From NCBI GenBank assembly GCA_032128115.1, contig JAQBHB010000022.1, forward strand, positions 13,830-77,829: a DNA stretch of 64,000 bases, given 5' to 3'. The notes beneath the pieces were generated by a model that saw nothing but the letters and a program-made list of their open reading frames with translations, made no database searches and was not told the DNA's origin. The DNA is from Deltaproteobacteria bacterium. Lineage in GTDB: Bacteria > Myxococcota_A > UBA9160 > SMWR01. This document shows, piece by piece, positions 1 to 9,879 of the stretch. Numbering within the stretch: position 1 is the stretch's first letter; every line of letters starts with the position of its first letter. The translations under genes and the position numbers were made by a program.

Positions 1-1
1 A

Positions 2-151
2 CTGGTACGCTTCGGCCGGAAGGTGCGGCACCTGGCGACGTTCAAGGAGCCGGTGCTTCCGTACCTGGCCAACACGGATACGGACGGCCGCAACGCCGCG
101 GCGGTGCAACGCGAGCTCGACGCCGCCCTGGCGCAGCTCCCGATCCACTGA
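2..151 (+). CDS. 3' end of a CDS entering from the left edge (LVRFGRKV...AQLPIH*), unknown function
   Basis: Open frame from base 2 with GC-rich third positions, TGA at 149-151, convergent with the next gene. Confidence 0.6.
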   Translation: MVRFGRKVRHLATFKEPVLPYLANTDTDGRNAAAVQRELDAALAQLPIH

Positions 152-155
152 TCGC

Positions 156-2258
156 TCACTCGTTCGGGTTCGAGACCGTGATTCGCGGGCCGCCCCAGAG
201 CGCCCGGGCTTCCGGGTCGAGCAGGAGCTTGTTGGGCGTCAACGCGAGCCGGAGCGTGATCTGCTCGCCGGCGTAGGCCGAGAGATCCACCGCGAAGGGC
301 TTCCAGCGCATGCCCGGCTTGACCAACCGCACGCTGCCCAGGGTTTCGAAGGCGTCGCCGCGGGACACGGCCACCGAAAACTGGCACCGCTCCTCCTGGG
401 AAAACAGATCCTCCTCGCCCACCAGCGCCGTGATTCCGATTCCCGCCTCGAATCGCGCGTTCTCCGGAATCTCGAGATCGAAGTCGATGCCTCCCCCCCG
501 CGGACCCAGGGGAATCGCGATGGGCCTTCGGTTGAGCTTGGTGGCGAGGCGGGGAAGCGGCTCGGAGACGCTTCGCTCGGCGCCGTCCCGGCCGCGAATC
601 CAGACGTGCCCCTGATCGCTGCGGTCGAAGAGATCGATGACCGTGGCGCCCCGGTCGGGGCCGGGTTCGAGCACCGAAATCCAGTTGTAACGGGCCAACG
701 GGTAGTCTTCGGGCACGCGGAAGAAGCGCTCCAGGTGGGCTTCCACGGCGGGCAGTTCTTCGCGATACCAGGTGTAGAGATCCTGGTCGATGTCGCTCAT
801 TACCACGTAGCGAACGTCCTCGAGGGCTTCGAGGATCGTCCGTTCCTGCTCTTCTCGCATACCCGGGATGACGCCGCTGTAGGGCGTCGGGTTGTGCGCG
901 TCCGTGGCGAAGTAGATCAGGGGCTCGGAGCGGGCGACGAAGATGGTGTCGCCGGGCTCGAGATTCTGGCGCAGGTAGGCGATCGCATTGGAGAGCGAAC
1001 GACCGCGCACCTGCCCCGTGACGGGGTTCTGCGGCACGTGCGGGCCCAGCTGCGGTTCGCGGGCCCGCGCCAGGATTGCCCAGGTGGCCGCCACGAAACC
1101 CAGAGCGAGCGCCGCCGAGCAGCCGGCCGCGATGCGCACGCGTCGCCGCGACACGCGTCCCGGGCGCGCCGGCCAGGTCATCGCGATCTGCGCCAGGGCC
1201 GGTGGCAGGGCGAACACCAGGTGCCCCCAGTCGCTGCGGGGAAACAGGTTCGTGGTGAGTGCGAATAGCACGGCGGTGTGGATCCACACGGCGGGCGGAA
1301 GCGGACCCCGGCGCCGCGCCAACGCCGGGCACGCCAACGCGATGAATGGGAGCGCGTACAGGAGCTGCGTCAGGAGGACCGCCCATACCGGCTCGTCTCC
1401 GAAGACGCCGTGGGTCAGCGCGTAGAGAGACGGAAAATAGAGTGCCTTGTTGGGCACCACGTCTTCGGCCAGGACGCCGGGAGGCCAGAAGTTCATGTAG
1501 GGGGTGGAAAACGTCTCATCGAAGGAGAGCGGCAGCACCACGATCGAGTGGACCAGGAGTTGCAGCTCGCCGCGCAAGGCGTACGCGCCCAGGGTCACCA
1601 GGGCCACCGCCACTCCCCCGGCCGCCAGCTGCAGGGGTGCGCGGAACCGCCGGTTCCGGGGAGCGCATGCGAAGACCGCGGCGAGTAGCCCTGCGGCCAG
1701 GGCGACTCCCAGGGTCTGCTTGCAGAGTGCCGCGCACGCCACCAGGATGCCCGCGAGCCAGCCCCAGCGATCCGATTCGCAGGCGCGCAGCGCCGGATAG
1801 GCGGCGATCACGCTGAACTCGAAGGCGAGGGTGGTGTGGAAGAACAAGGAGAACAGCGGAAACAGCAGGACGGGAGCGCTCGCCATTCCGGCCGCGGCGA
1901 CATGGGCCAGGGGCCCCGCACCGGCCCGGGCGGCCACCCCGTACACGGATGCGCAGGCGAGGCCGTGCAACAGCACCACCGCCCCCCGCGCCACGGCGAT
2001 CTCCTCTCCGAAGGCGCGAAACAGGGCCGCTAGCAGCTCGAAGGGCAGGGGGCCCGTGAAGCTCACCACGTCCCGATACAGGTGTTCTCCCGCGACCATG
2101 CGTTGGGCCACGTGGACGATCAGGCCCTCCTCGAGCAGGTTGGGCTCGAAGCGCACCATGAAGGCGCACACACTCGCGCCCAACATCCCCCAGACGAGCG
2201 CGGTGCTGGCCGCGAAGCGGTGGCCTTGCGAGGCGGGTGTGGCGTGAGAAGCGTCCAA
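156..2258 (-). CDS. GT-C-type (ArnT/PMT-like) polytopic membrane glycosyltransferase with C-terminal soluble beta-rich domain
   Basis: About 11-12 hydrophobic segments; acidic EEG after TM1 followed by G-x-x-LYRD and GPLP; KQT motif; C-terminal beta-sandwich-like region; TTG start uncertain. Confidence 0.7.
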   Translation of the reverse strand: MDASHATPASQGHRFAASTALVWGMLGASVCAFMVRFEPNLLEEGLIVHVAQRMVAGEHLYRDVVSFTGPLPFELLAALFRAFGEEIAVARGAVVLLHGLACASVYGVAARAGAGPLAHVAAAGMASAPVLLFPLFSLFFHTTLAFEFSVIAAYPALRACESDRWGWLAGILVACAALCKQTLGVALAAGLLAAVFACAPRNRRFRAPLQLAAGGVAVALVTLGAYALRGELQLLVHSIVVLPLSFDETFSTPYMNFWPPGVLAEDVVPNKALYFPSLYALTHGVFGDEPVWAVLLTQLLYALPFIALACPALARRRGPLPPAVWIHTAVLFALTTNLFPRSDWGHLVFALPPALAQIAMTWPARPGRVSRRRVRIAAGCSAALALGFVAATWAILARAREPQLGPHVPQNPVTGQVRGRSLSNAIAYLRQNLEPGDTIFVARSEPLIYFATDAHNPTPYSGVIPGMREEQERTILEALEDVRYVVMSDIDQDLYTWYREELPAVEAHLERFFRVPEDYPLARYNWISVLEPGPDRGATVIDLFDRSDQGHVWIRGRDGAERSVSEPLPRLATKLNRRPIAIPLGPRGGGIDFDLEIPENARFEAGIGITALVGEEDLFSQEERCQFSVAVSRGDAFETLGSVRLVKPGMRWKPFAVDLSAYAGEQITLRLALTPNKLLLDPEARALWGGPRITVSNPNE

Positions 2259-2315
2259 GGGCGTCCTACTCTACCAACTCCCGTCCCGGGGGCGGGGCCA
2301 CCAGGGAGTCGAGCG

Positions 2316-4718
2316 CTGGAGCGTAGAAGTCTCTACCTCGAGATCTTCGTGATCTCGTTCGCCGCGCTCCTGCTCGAGATCAGCTACACGCGGGTCTTCT
2401 CGTTCAAGGTCTCGTCCTACTACACCTTCCTGATCATCGGGATCGCCTTGCTGGGGATCGGGGCCGGCGGCGTGTTCGTGGCCCTGTGGCGCCGGTTGCG
2501 GGCGGTGCCCACCGAACGCCTGCTGTGGCGGCTGTCGCTGGTGGCAGCAGCGGGAATCGCGGTCAGCTACTTCGGCGTTGCGGGTGTGGCGCTCGACACC
2601 CTGAATCCCCCGTCGAGCCCGGGCCCGGTGCTGCGTCTGGCGTGGGTGTGCCTGCTGATGTTCGCGAGCTTCGTGGGCATCGGGCTCATGATCGCCGTGA
2701 TCTTCACGCGCCGGGCCGAGACCATCGGGCGCGTCTACACCGCCGACCTGATGGGAGCCGGTCTCGGTTGTGCGGCCGCGATTCCGCTCATGATCGTTCT
2801 CACACCCCCGGGCTGCGTATTCGCCGCCGGCGCCGCGGTGGCCCTTGCGGGCATCCGGCCGGCGCGCGCCCACACGCGCAGCGGGGCGTGGGCGAGCCTC
2901 GCCCTGGCGGCCGTGTTGGGCGCAGTGGCGGTGGGAGCCCGGTCGCTGCCCGACCCGGTGGTGGACCCGGTCAAGACCCTGAGCCCAGGCAAGCTGGCGC
3001 GTTGGGGCTTTACGTCCGTCTTCGCACGCTGGCATCCGGTGTTCCGGGTGGACGTGCTCGAATCGAAGCTGATGCCCGACGCCAAGGCCCTGGTGCACGA
3101 CGGCGACTGGGGCTCGGCCCTGCACCGCTTCGATGGTGACCTGGACGCGGCGCGGGAGCGCTACGAGAACTCCAGCCGACGGTTGCCCTTCGCGGTGGCG
3201 AAGCCGCGGCCCCGGGTCCTGATCCTGGGGTCGGCGGGCGGCAACGAGATCCTGGCTTCCCTGGTCTTCGACGCGGAGCACATCACGGCGGTGGAGCTCA
3301 ACCCGGTGACCGTCTCGCTGGTGCGCGAGCACTTCGCCGACTTCACCGGGCGCCTGGCCGAGTATCCCCAGGTGGATCTCGTCAACGCCGAAGGCCGCTC
3401 GTTCCTCTCGCGCGATCGCCAGAAATCCGACCTGATCTATTTCGTGGCCCCGGACAGCTACGCCTCCATGAACGGTCAGGCGTCGGGCTTCGTGCTGGTG
3501 GAGAGCTACCTCTACACCCGCGAGATGGTGCGCGAGGTGGTCTCCCACTTGAATCCAGGCGGGATCCTCTGCATGCAGTTCGGTGAGGTGGCCTACGCCA
3601 GCAAGCCCAACCGCACGGCGCGTTTCCTGGCCACTGCGCGCGCCGCCTTTGGCGACCTCGGGATCCAGGATTTTGGCCGCCACGTGCTTCGGGCCACCAA
3701 CAAGGATTTCCCCATCGAGCTGTCCACGATCCTGCTGAGCCCGCAGCCGTTCAGCGAGGCCCAGAGCGAGGAGTTCCTGCGAATAGTCGCGACGATTCCC
3801 CGCGCGACGCCCCGCTACGCCTGGCAGCGCGACCTGGGTCGCGATTTTCCCAACGCGGTGATCAGCCTGCCGGCGGCGGATCTCGAGCAGCTCTACCGCG
3901 GCTACCCCTACGAGATCCGACCCGTGACCGACGATGCGCCGTTCTTCTGGCACTTTGCGCGCTTTCGCGACGTGCTCTCGCGGAACAACCCGGCCCTGGC
4001 CCACCCTATCGGCCCCGAAGACGGGCGCGGCGAGTCCGCGCTGCTGGTGATGCTCTTCGTGGCCGGCGGCCTCTCGGCCGTGTTCCTGCTCCTGCCCTTC
4101 GTGGCGGTGCGCGCCCGCTGGGCCGAGCTGCCCGCCAAGGGGCGTGCGGCGCTCTACTTCGCCTGCCTGGGGCTCGGCTTCATGTTCTTCGAGGTGGTGC
4201 TGATCCAGAAGCTCACCCTGTTTCTCGGCTATCCGACGTACACCCTCACCGTGACGTTGTTCGCGCTGCTGGTGTTCTCGGGCCTGGGAAGCCTCGCCTC
4301 GGCCCGGTATCTCGAGTCGCGCGATCGGGTGGTGCCGTGGCTGATGGCCGCACTGGGGGTGCTGGCAGTCTTCTACGCCTACGGCCTGGGGCCGGCAGCA
4401 AACGCGCTGGCTGCGCTTCCCCTGGCGGCGCGCATCGCCCTGGTGGCCGCGGCCCTGGCGCCGCTGGGTCTCGTGCTTGGCGCCTTCATGCCGCTGGGAT
4501 TGACCACGGTCTCACGCCTCGGCCCCCACGCGACCGAGTACGTGGCCTGGGGCTGGGCCATCAACGGCGTCTTCTCCGTGATCGGCTCGATCGGCGCCAC
4601 GATCCTGTCCATGACCTACGGCTTCCGCGCCGTCCTCTTGGTCGCGTTGCTGCTGTACGTTGTGGCCGCGGTGACGCTCTGGAGGGTTCCCCTGCAATCC
4701 CGCGACGCGGCCGTCTGA
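2316..4718 (+). CDS. Membrane protein with central spermidine-synthase-like class I SAM-binding domain (TM block - SAM domain - TM block)
   Basis: VLILGSAGG, AVELNP, EGRSFL, ESYLYTRE, PVTDDAPFF motifs between two TM blocks; start moved to CTG 2316 after AGGGAG at 2303-2308. Confidence 0.8.
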   Translation: MERRSLYLEIFVISFAALLLEISYTRVFSFKVSSYYTFLIIGIALLGIGAGGVFVALWRRLRAVPTERLLWRLSLVAAAGIAVSYFGVAGVALDTLNPPSSPGPVLRLAWVCLLMFASFVGIGLMIAVIFTRRAETIGRVYTADLMGAGLGCAAAIPLMIVLTPPGCVFAAGAAVALAGIRPARAHTRSGAWASLALAAVLGAVAVGARSLPDPVVDPVKTLSPGKLARWGFTSVFARWHPVFRVDVLESKLMPDAKALVHDGDWGSALHRFDGDLDAARERYENSSRRLPFAVAKPRPRVLILGSAGGNEILASLVFDAEHITAVELNPVTVSLVREHFADFTGRLAEYPQVDLVNAEGRSFLSRDRQKSDLIYFVAPDSYASMNGQASGFVLVESYLYTREMVREVVSHLNPGGILCMQFGEVAYASKPNRTARFLATARAAFGDLGIQDFGRHVLRATNKDFPIELSTILLSPQPFSEAQSEEFLRIVATIPRATPRYAWQRDLGRDFPNAVISLPAADLEQLYRGYPYEIRPVTDDAPFFWHFARFRDVLSRNNPALAHPIGPEDGRGESALLVMLFVAGGLSAVFLLLPFVAVRARWAELPAKGRAALYFACLGLGFMFFEVVLIQKLTLFLGYPTYTLTVTLFALLVFSGLGSLASARYLESRDRVVPWLMAALGVLAVFYAYGLGPAANALAALPLAARIALVAAALAPLGLVLGAFMPLGLTTVSRLGPHATEYVAWGWAINGVFSVIGSIGATILSMTYGFRAVLLVALLLYVVAAVTLWRVPLQSRDAAV

Positions 4719-4731
4719 GCGGGGAGAACCG

Positions 4732-7700
4732 GTGCCGGAACGCGCAACGACGCGGGCGTGGGACGTGGGGGTCGTGGTGGCGCTGGCGGTTGCCGCGCTG
4801 CTCTTCTGGAAGCTTCGCATCTTCGACCCGGCGCTGGACGAGCCCTTCCTCCCGAACCTGACCAACGTGGACTTCTTCAGCTACGAAGTTCCGGTGGGCG
4901 CGGCGGTCGGCGAGGCGCTGCGACAGGGGCGGATTCCGCTGTGGAACCCCCACCAGTTCGCCGGCCACCCGTTCCTGGCGTCGGTTCCCTTCGGTGCCCT
5001 GTATCCCGGGAACCTTCCCTTCGTGTTCCTGCCGGCGCCCCTGGCCATCGAGGTCACGGTGGTATTGCATCTGATCGCCGCGGGATTGTTCCTGTTCCTG
5101 TACGCGCGCTCGATTCCCCTGGATCGCCCGGCGGCGATCGTGGCGGCCCTCACGTTCATGTTGGGGGGGTTCGTGACTTCGCGGGCGGTCTGGTTCACGC
5201 CGGCGTTGGCCGCCAGCGTCTGGCTGCCCCTGGCCTTCCTGGCCATCGAGCGGATATTCCGCAAGCCGGGTTTCGGCGCGTCGGTGCTGTTGGCGGTCGC
5301 CATCGCCATGCCCATCCTGGCGGGCTGGCTGCAGACCTGGACGTATTCCATGTATGCCGTGGCGCTGTACGCGAGCATCCGCCTCGCCATCCGCGTCTGG
5401 CGTGAAGGCGCGGCGGCAGCCACGCGGCCGCTGCTCCTGCTGGCGGCGGGAGGGCTGCTCGGTGTCGGGCTGGCGTCGGTTCAGCTCATCCCCAGCTTCG
5501 AGCTGCAGGCCCTCACGCCACGACGCGCGGGAGGCATGTCGCCGCAGCAGTCGCTCATCTTTGGCGGCACGCCGGCGGCGACGCTGCTGGCCGACGCCAC
5601 GGATCCCGAACCCGGCCAACCGCGCTGGGTGTACCTGGGACTGGGCGCGCTGGTGTTGATGCCGCTCTCCTTGCTGGCCACTCGCGCGCGAGAACTCGTC
5701 GCGTGCCTGTGGCTCCTGGTGGCTCTGGGGCTCGGGGTCGCGCTGGGCGTCCACACGCCGATCTTCGCGGCGTTCCAGCAGCTGCCCACGGGATCCTGGT
5801 TTCGGACGCCCCAGCGGATCCTGTACCTCTACGCCTTCGCGGGCTCGCTGCTGGCGGGCTTCGGCGTTCAAACGATCCTGGATCAGGAGGTGCGACCCGG
5901 TGTCCGCCGCTGGCTGGCGCCGACCGTCGTCACGCTCGCCGCGTTGGCACTTTGTGCGCCGGTTGATTCGGTGCGCGGCTTCGTCCTGTTGGCCGCCGCC
6001 GTGGCCGCTGCCTGGGCGATCGCCGCACTGCCTGCTTCTGGGGCGCGCAGGGCCGCTGTCTCTGGGGCGCGCAGGGCCGCGGTCGCCGCTCTGGTGGCGG
6101 TGGTGTTCTTCGACCTGTTCGGGGCCACTCGCAACTCGTTCAGGCATCCGCTCCACGAGCCGGCCCGGGTGGCGCAGGACCAGGCCGTGTTGGAGTTCGT
6201 TCGGAAACGGCAGGATCATTTCCGGACCTACGTGCACCAGCCCAGTGCGTTCGACTACAGCATGATGGCCAAACAGGCGACCCGGGTGGGGCTCTTCTCG
6301 ATCACGGACTACGAGCCCCTGAGTCTGGAGCGAATGGCCAAGGTCTTCCGCAGTCTCGACGCGCGCGATGCGTCCACCCTCGACGCCCGTCCCTTCACCG
6401 GCACGCTCGACGCCGATCCCGCGGGTCCCCATTTCGCGCGCCTGGACCTGTTCAGTGTGCGCTTCCTGCTGGCACGCAGCGCAGACGAGGACTTCCTGGC
6501 AGGATTGGCACCGGGCGCCTGGAAGCCGGTGAGTCCCTCGCCCCGTGGGCGCTTCGCGGTCTACGAGCACCTGGACCCGTTGCCGCGGGCCTACGTCGCC
6601 TTCGACACGCAGCGGGTCGGGGACGCAGAAGCGGCGCTCGCGGCGATCCTGGCACCGGACTTCGACCCGCGCCGGCAGGTGGTGCTCGAGTCCCCGGGAC
6701 CCGCTGCAACCGGGGAGGGCGGAATCGCACCGGCGCGCATCCTGGAGTACGCGCCGTCCCAGGTGGAGGTGGAGACCCGGGCCGAACAGCCCGGCTTCCT
6801 GGTGCTGACCGATACGTACTATCCGGGCTGGCAAGCTACGGTGGACGGCGAGCCCGTGACTCTCGAACGCGCCAACTACCTGTTCCGGGCGGTTCCCGTG
6901 CCGGCCGGTCGCCACCGGGTGGGCTTTCGCTACCGGCCGGCGAGTTTTCGCTGGGGCGCCGGCCTGACCCTGGCGGCGCTGCTGGCCATGGGGCTCGGCC
7001 TGGCTCGTGCCCGGCTCTCCCCACGCCGCCTGGCGTCTTCAGGTGTGGTGCTGCTCGCGCTTCTGGCGGCCGGCTGCGGCGGAAATCCGCCGCGGCCCAA
7101 CGTGCTGGTCGTGGTCGTGGACACCCTGCGCCGGGACAGCCTCGGAAGCTACGGCCACCCGCGCGACCTGAGCCCCCGTCTGGACGCCCTGGCCCGGGAA
7201 GGCGTGCGCTTCGAGGAAGCCGTGACGGCGGCACCGCGTACCTGGCAATCCTTCACTTCGATTCTCACGGGTCTCTACCCGCCGCACCACGGTGTGCGGG
7301 CCATCTTCTCGCTCCCGCTGGGCGCCGGGATCCCCACCCTGGCCTCCCTGCTTGGCGACGCCGGCTACCACACCGCGGCCTTCGACGGCATGACGTTCCT
7401 GCGCGAGATGACCGGCGGCCATGGCTTCCAGGAGTTCGTCGACCCGCGCTCGCTCGGTTCGAGCAATCCCATGCTGGGCGACGATCTTGTGATGGAGAAC
7501 TTCCTGAACTGGCTCGAAGCCGCCCGCGAGCCCTTCTTCGCGTTCATCCGACTCTCGGCGCCACACTGGACCTATGTGTGCGAGCCGGTCTTCCACTCCG
7601 AAGTGGAGAATCACGGCGCCATCGACCACGCCTTCAACGCGGGAAGCCACGGCCTGGGGCTTCGCCAGGGCGCGCTCGCCATCACCGACCTGGACGCGTA

Positions 7701-8445
7701 CCGCGAGCGCTTCTACGGCTACCGGCCGACGCCCAGCGAGCTCAACCACATGCGGCTCCACTACGACGAGTGCGTGCACACCAGCGACGCGGCCATCGGG
7801 CGAGCCATTGATCGGTTGCGTGTGCGGGGCGACTGGGATTCGACGTTGTTGGTGGTGACCTCGGATCACGGCGAGAGCTTCGGCGAGCACGGGTATCTGC
7901 AACACGGCCCCCAGGTGGACGGCCCGGTCATGCGCATTCCCCTGCTGATGCGATTTCCGCCGGCGCTGGCCCAGGGGCGCAGCGGCGTCGAGGTGTCGCA
8001 GCTGGCGCGCACGGTGGATCTGTTGCCCACGATCGTGCAGGTGCTGGGTCTCCCGGTGCCGCCCGGAATCGATGGCACCAGTCTGCTGCCGGCCGTGGAC
8101 GAGGGCCGCGATCTGGCGCTCAGCGCCTACGGTGAAGCCGGCCGTTCGTTTCCCGGGGTCGATCGCGACGTCTATCTGTCGGGCGTCGCGGGCAAGTGGC
8201 GCATGCTCCGCACCCTCGACTGGAAGCTGATCCACATCCCGGACGAGAACGCGGGCATCGACCGTCTCTATCACCTGACCCGCGACCCCGGCGAAACCAC
8301 GGACGTGGCGGACCAGCACCCGGAGGTGGTTGCGGCGCTGCGGCGCGCGCTCGACCCGATCCTGGCGGCCGACGCCGGCGCTCGCGAGGGCCCCTCGCTC
8401 AGCGAAGAAGAGAAGCAGAGGCTGCGGGCCCTGGGCTACCTGTGA
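4732..8445 (+). CDS. YfhO-family (GT-C) membrane protein fused to a C-terminal sulfatase-like domain
   Basis: YfhO signatures PLWNPHQFAGHPF, LPRAY, TDTYYPGWQATVDG, ANYLFRAV; sulfatase-like PNVLVVVVDTLRRD, TSDHGESFGEHG, LYHLTRDPGE, LRALGY. Confidence 0.85.
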   Translation: MPERATTRAWDVGVVVALAVAALLFWKLRIFDPALDEPFLPNLTNVDFFSYEVPVGAAVGEALRQGRIPLWNPHQFAGHPFLASVPFGALYPGNLPFVFLPAPLAIEVTVVLHLIAAGLFLFLYARSIPLDRPAAIVAALTFMLGGFVTSRAVWFTPALAASVWLPLAFLAIERIFRKPGFGASVLLAVAIAMPILAGWLQTWTYSMYAVALYASIRLAIRVWREGAAAATRPLLLLAAGGLLGVGLASVQLIPSFELQALTPRRAGGMSPQQSLIFGGTPAATLLADATDPEPGQPRWVYLGLGALVLMPLSLLATRARELVACLWLLVALGLGVALGVHTPIFAAFQQLPTGSWFRTPQRILYLYAFAGSLLAGFGVQTILDQEVRPGVRRWLAPTVVTLAALALCAPVDSVRGFVLLAAAVAAAWAIAALPASGARRAAVSGARRAAVAALVAVVFFDLFGATRNSFRHPLHEPARVAQDQAVLEFVRKRQDHFRTYVHQPSAFDYSMMAKQATRVGLFSITDYEPLSLERMAKVFRSLDARDASTLDARPFTGTLDADPAGPHFARLDLFSVRFLLARSADEDFLAGLAPGAWKPVSPSPRGRFAVYEHLDPLPRAYVAFDTQRVGDAEAALAAILAPDFDPRRQVVLESPGPAATGEGGIAPARILEYAPSQVEVETRAEQPGFLVLTDTYYPGWQATVDGEPVTLERANYLFRAVPVPAGRHRVGFRYRPASFRWGAGLTLAALLAMGLGLARARLSPRRLASSGVVLLALLAAGCGGNPPRPNVLVVVVDTLRRDSLGSYGHPRDLSPRLDALAREGVRFEEAVTAAPRTWQSFTSILTGLYPPHHGVRAIFSLPLGAGIPTLASLLGDAGYHTAAFDGMTFLREMTGGHGFQEFVDPRSLGSSNPMLGDDLVMENFLNWLEAAREPFFAFIRLSAPHWTYVCEPVFHSEVENHGAIDHAFNAGSHGLGLRQGALAITDLDAYRERFYGYRPTPSELNHMRLHYDECVHTSDAAIGRAIDRLRVRGDWDSTLLVVTSDHGESFGEHGYLQHGPQVDGPVMRIPLLMRFPPALAQGRSGVEVSQLARTVDLLPTIVQVLGLPVPPGIDGTSLLPAVDEGRDLALSAYGEAGRSFPGVDRDVYLSGVAGKWRMLRTLDWKLIHIPDENAGIDRLYHLTRDPGETTDVADQHPEVVAALRRALDPILAADAGAREGPSLSEEEKQRLRALGYL
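6037..6084 (+). repeat. In-frame 24-bp tandem duplication (SGARRAAV x2)
   Basis: tctggggcgcgcagggccgctgtc / tctggggcgcgcagggccgcggtc, one mismatch. Confidence 0.9.
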
Positions 8446-8464
8446 GCGGTCGCGTGCGCGCGCT

Positions 8465-9277
8465 TCACGGCGCGGCTTGCGGCGGCTTGCGGTACCGCAG
8501 GTAGAGATCGTTCCCCAGGAAGAAGCGCACCAGAGCGAAGCGCCCCAGGCTCGCCGCGAAGCCCACCAGCCCGCTCTGGGACAGCGCCTGGGTGTGGCGG
8601 TGCTTCGACGAGCGCAAGAGGTCGCTGCCGATCCACATCTGCGCGCCTTCGAGTCCGGCCAGGCGGACCACCTTGCGCAGGCTCAGCAGGTTGTACTCGT
8701 GGACGTGGACGCCCTGGTTCACCTTCATGTGCTCTTCCAGCACGTCCACCGCTCCGGAATCGATCCTGCGCAGGATGGGCTTCACCAGCGGCAGCACCCA
8801 ATGGGTGAAGACCGTGTTGGGAGAGGTGTGGAGGAACACGAACCCTCCCGGCTTCAGCACCCGCTGGATCTCGCGCAGCATGAGCACGCCGTCTTCCAGG
8901 TCCTGGTGCTCGAGCACGTCGCCCGAGTAGACCCGATCGAAGGAGTTGGACTCGAACGGCAGGTCCTTGCAGTCGGCCACCCGCAGGTCGGCGTCCGGAA
9001 AATCGGCCAGGGTCTGTCTGCCGATCTCGAGGGCGGCGGGTGAGTAGTCGATGGCCGACACCCGCGCGCCGCGCTCGGCACAGTGGCGCAGGAATTCCCC
9101 GCGCCCGAACCCCACCTCCAGCAGGCTCACCCCGGGCTTCAGGTCGAGCTCCGACAGCTGCAGCTGCTTCACGAAGCTCATTTCCCCGGCCTCGAACTCT
9201 TCGAAGCCCTCGGTGCAGGCGCTCAGGAGATACGCCTTGTCGTAGCGTTCGGCGGGAACTCGCCGCTTGCTTGCCAT
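8465..9277 (-). CDS. Class I SAM-dependent methyltransferase
   Basis: LLEVGFGRG, IDYS, LPFESNSFDRV, VLEH, RVLKPGG. Confidence 0.9.
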   Translation of the reverse strand: MASKRRVPAERYDKAYLLSACTEGFEEFEAGEMSFVKQLQLSELDLKPGVSLLEVGFGRGEFLRHCAERGARVSAIDYSPAALEIGRQTLADFPDADLRVADCKDLPFESNSFDRVYSGDVLEHQDLEDGVLMLREIQRVLKPGGFVFLHTSPNTVFTHWVLPLVKPILRRIDSGAVDVLEEHMKVNQGVHVHEYNLLSLRKVVRLAGLEGAQMWIGSDLLRSSKHRHTQALSQSGLVGFAASLGRFALVRFFLGNDLYLRYRKPPQAAP

Positions 9278-9384
9278 GGAATTGCGTCCTTGGGATTCGT
9301 CCTCGCGTGGGGCGCGGGGCCCGTCGCGCGGAACCGCAGGGTAACACGGAAACCCATCCGGAAACCCAATGGGACCGGGCGCGT

Positions 9385-9414
9385 TTGGACCCTTGCGAGG
9401 AATGGCATTAGAAT
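9385..9414 (+). promoter_or_regulatory. Candidate sigma70-type promoter for the GMC operon
   Basis: TTGGAC-N18-TAGAAT in the divergent intergenic region. Confidence 0.3.
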
Positions 9415-9450
9415 GAATCGGCTGTCTATCGCAGCCCCCAGGAAACCCGA

Positions 9451-9879
9451 TTGAAGCTCCATACCCCCCGCAGGCTCTCGCCGTCCCAGCGCCAGATCGT
9501 GGCCAGAATCGTCGGCCGCGTGCTGCCTGCGCGGCCCTGCCTCAGCGCGCCCGAGCGGGCGCGGGTGCACTCGGCGGTCACCGGATTCGTGGCCTCCCAG
9601 ATCGAGGCCCTGCCCACATTCCTGGCGCTGCCGTATCGCGTCGCCCTGGTTGCTTTCCAGCTGCTTCCCGCCCTGCGCTACGGCCGGCGTTTCGACAGCC
9701 TGGACGACGCGTCCCAGGCCGCCTACCTGACGCTCTGGAGCGAGGGACCGCTGGCCCCGGCCCGAGACTTCACCAAGCTGATTCGCAGTTGCGCATTGCT
9801 TGCGTATTTCGATCATCCGGACGTGCGCAGCCACCTTCCCATGCCGGGCGACCCGTGTCCCATGCCGGGCGCCCCGTGA
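9451..9879 (+). CDS. Small helical partner of GMC oxidoreductase (gluconate 2-dehydrogenase subunit 3-like)
   Basis: RRFDSLDDASQAAYL...LLAYFDHPDV pattern; stop overlaps GMC start (GTGA). Confidence 0.6.
   Translation: MKLHTPRRLSPSQRQIVARIVGRVLPARPCLSAPERARVHSAVTGFVASQIEALPTFLALPYRVALVAFQLLPALRYGRRFDSLDDASQAAYLTLWSEGPLAPARDFTKLIRSCALLAYFDHPDVRSHLPMPGDPCPMPGAP
9837..9878 (+). repeat. 21-bp tandem duplication at gene junction
   Basis: tcccatgccgggcgacccgtg / tcccatgccgggcgccccgtg; second copy ends in the GMC GTG start. Confidence 0.85.
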
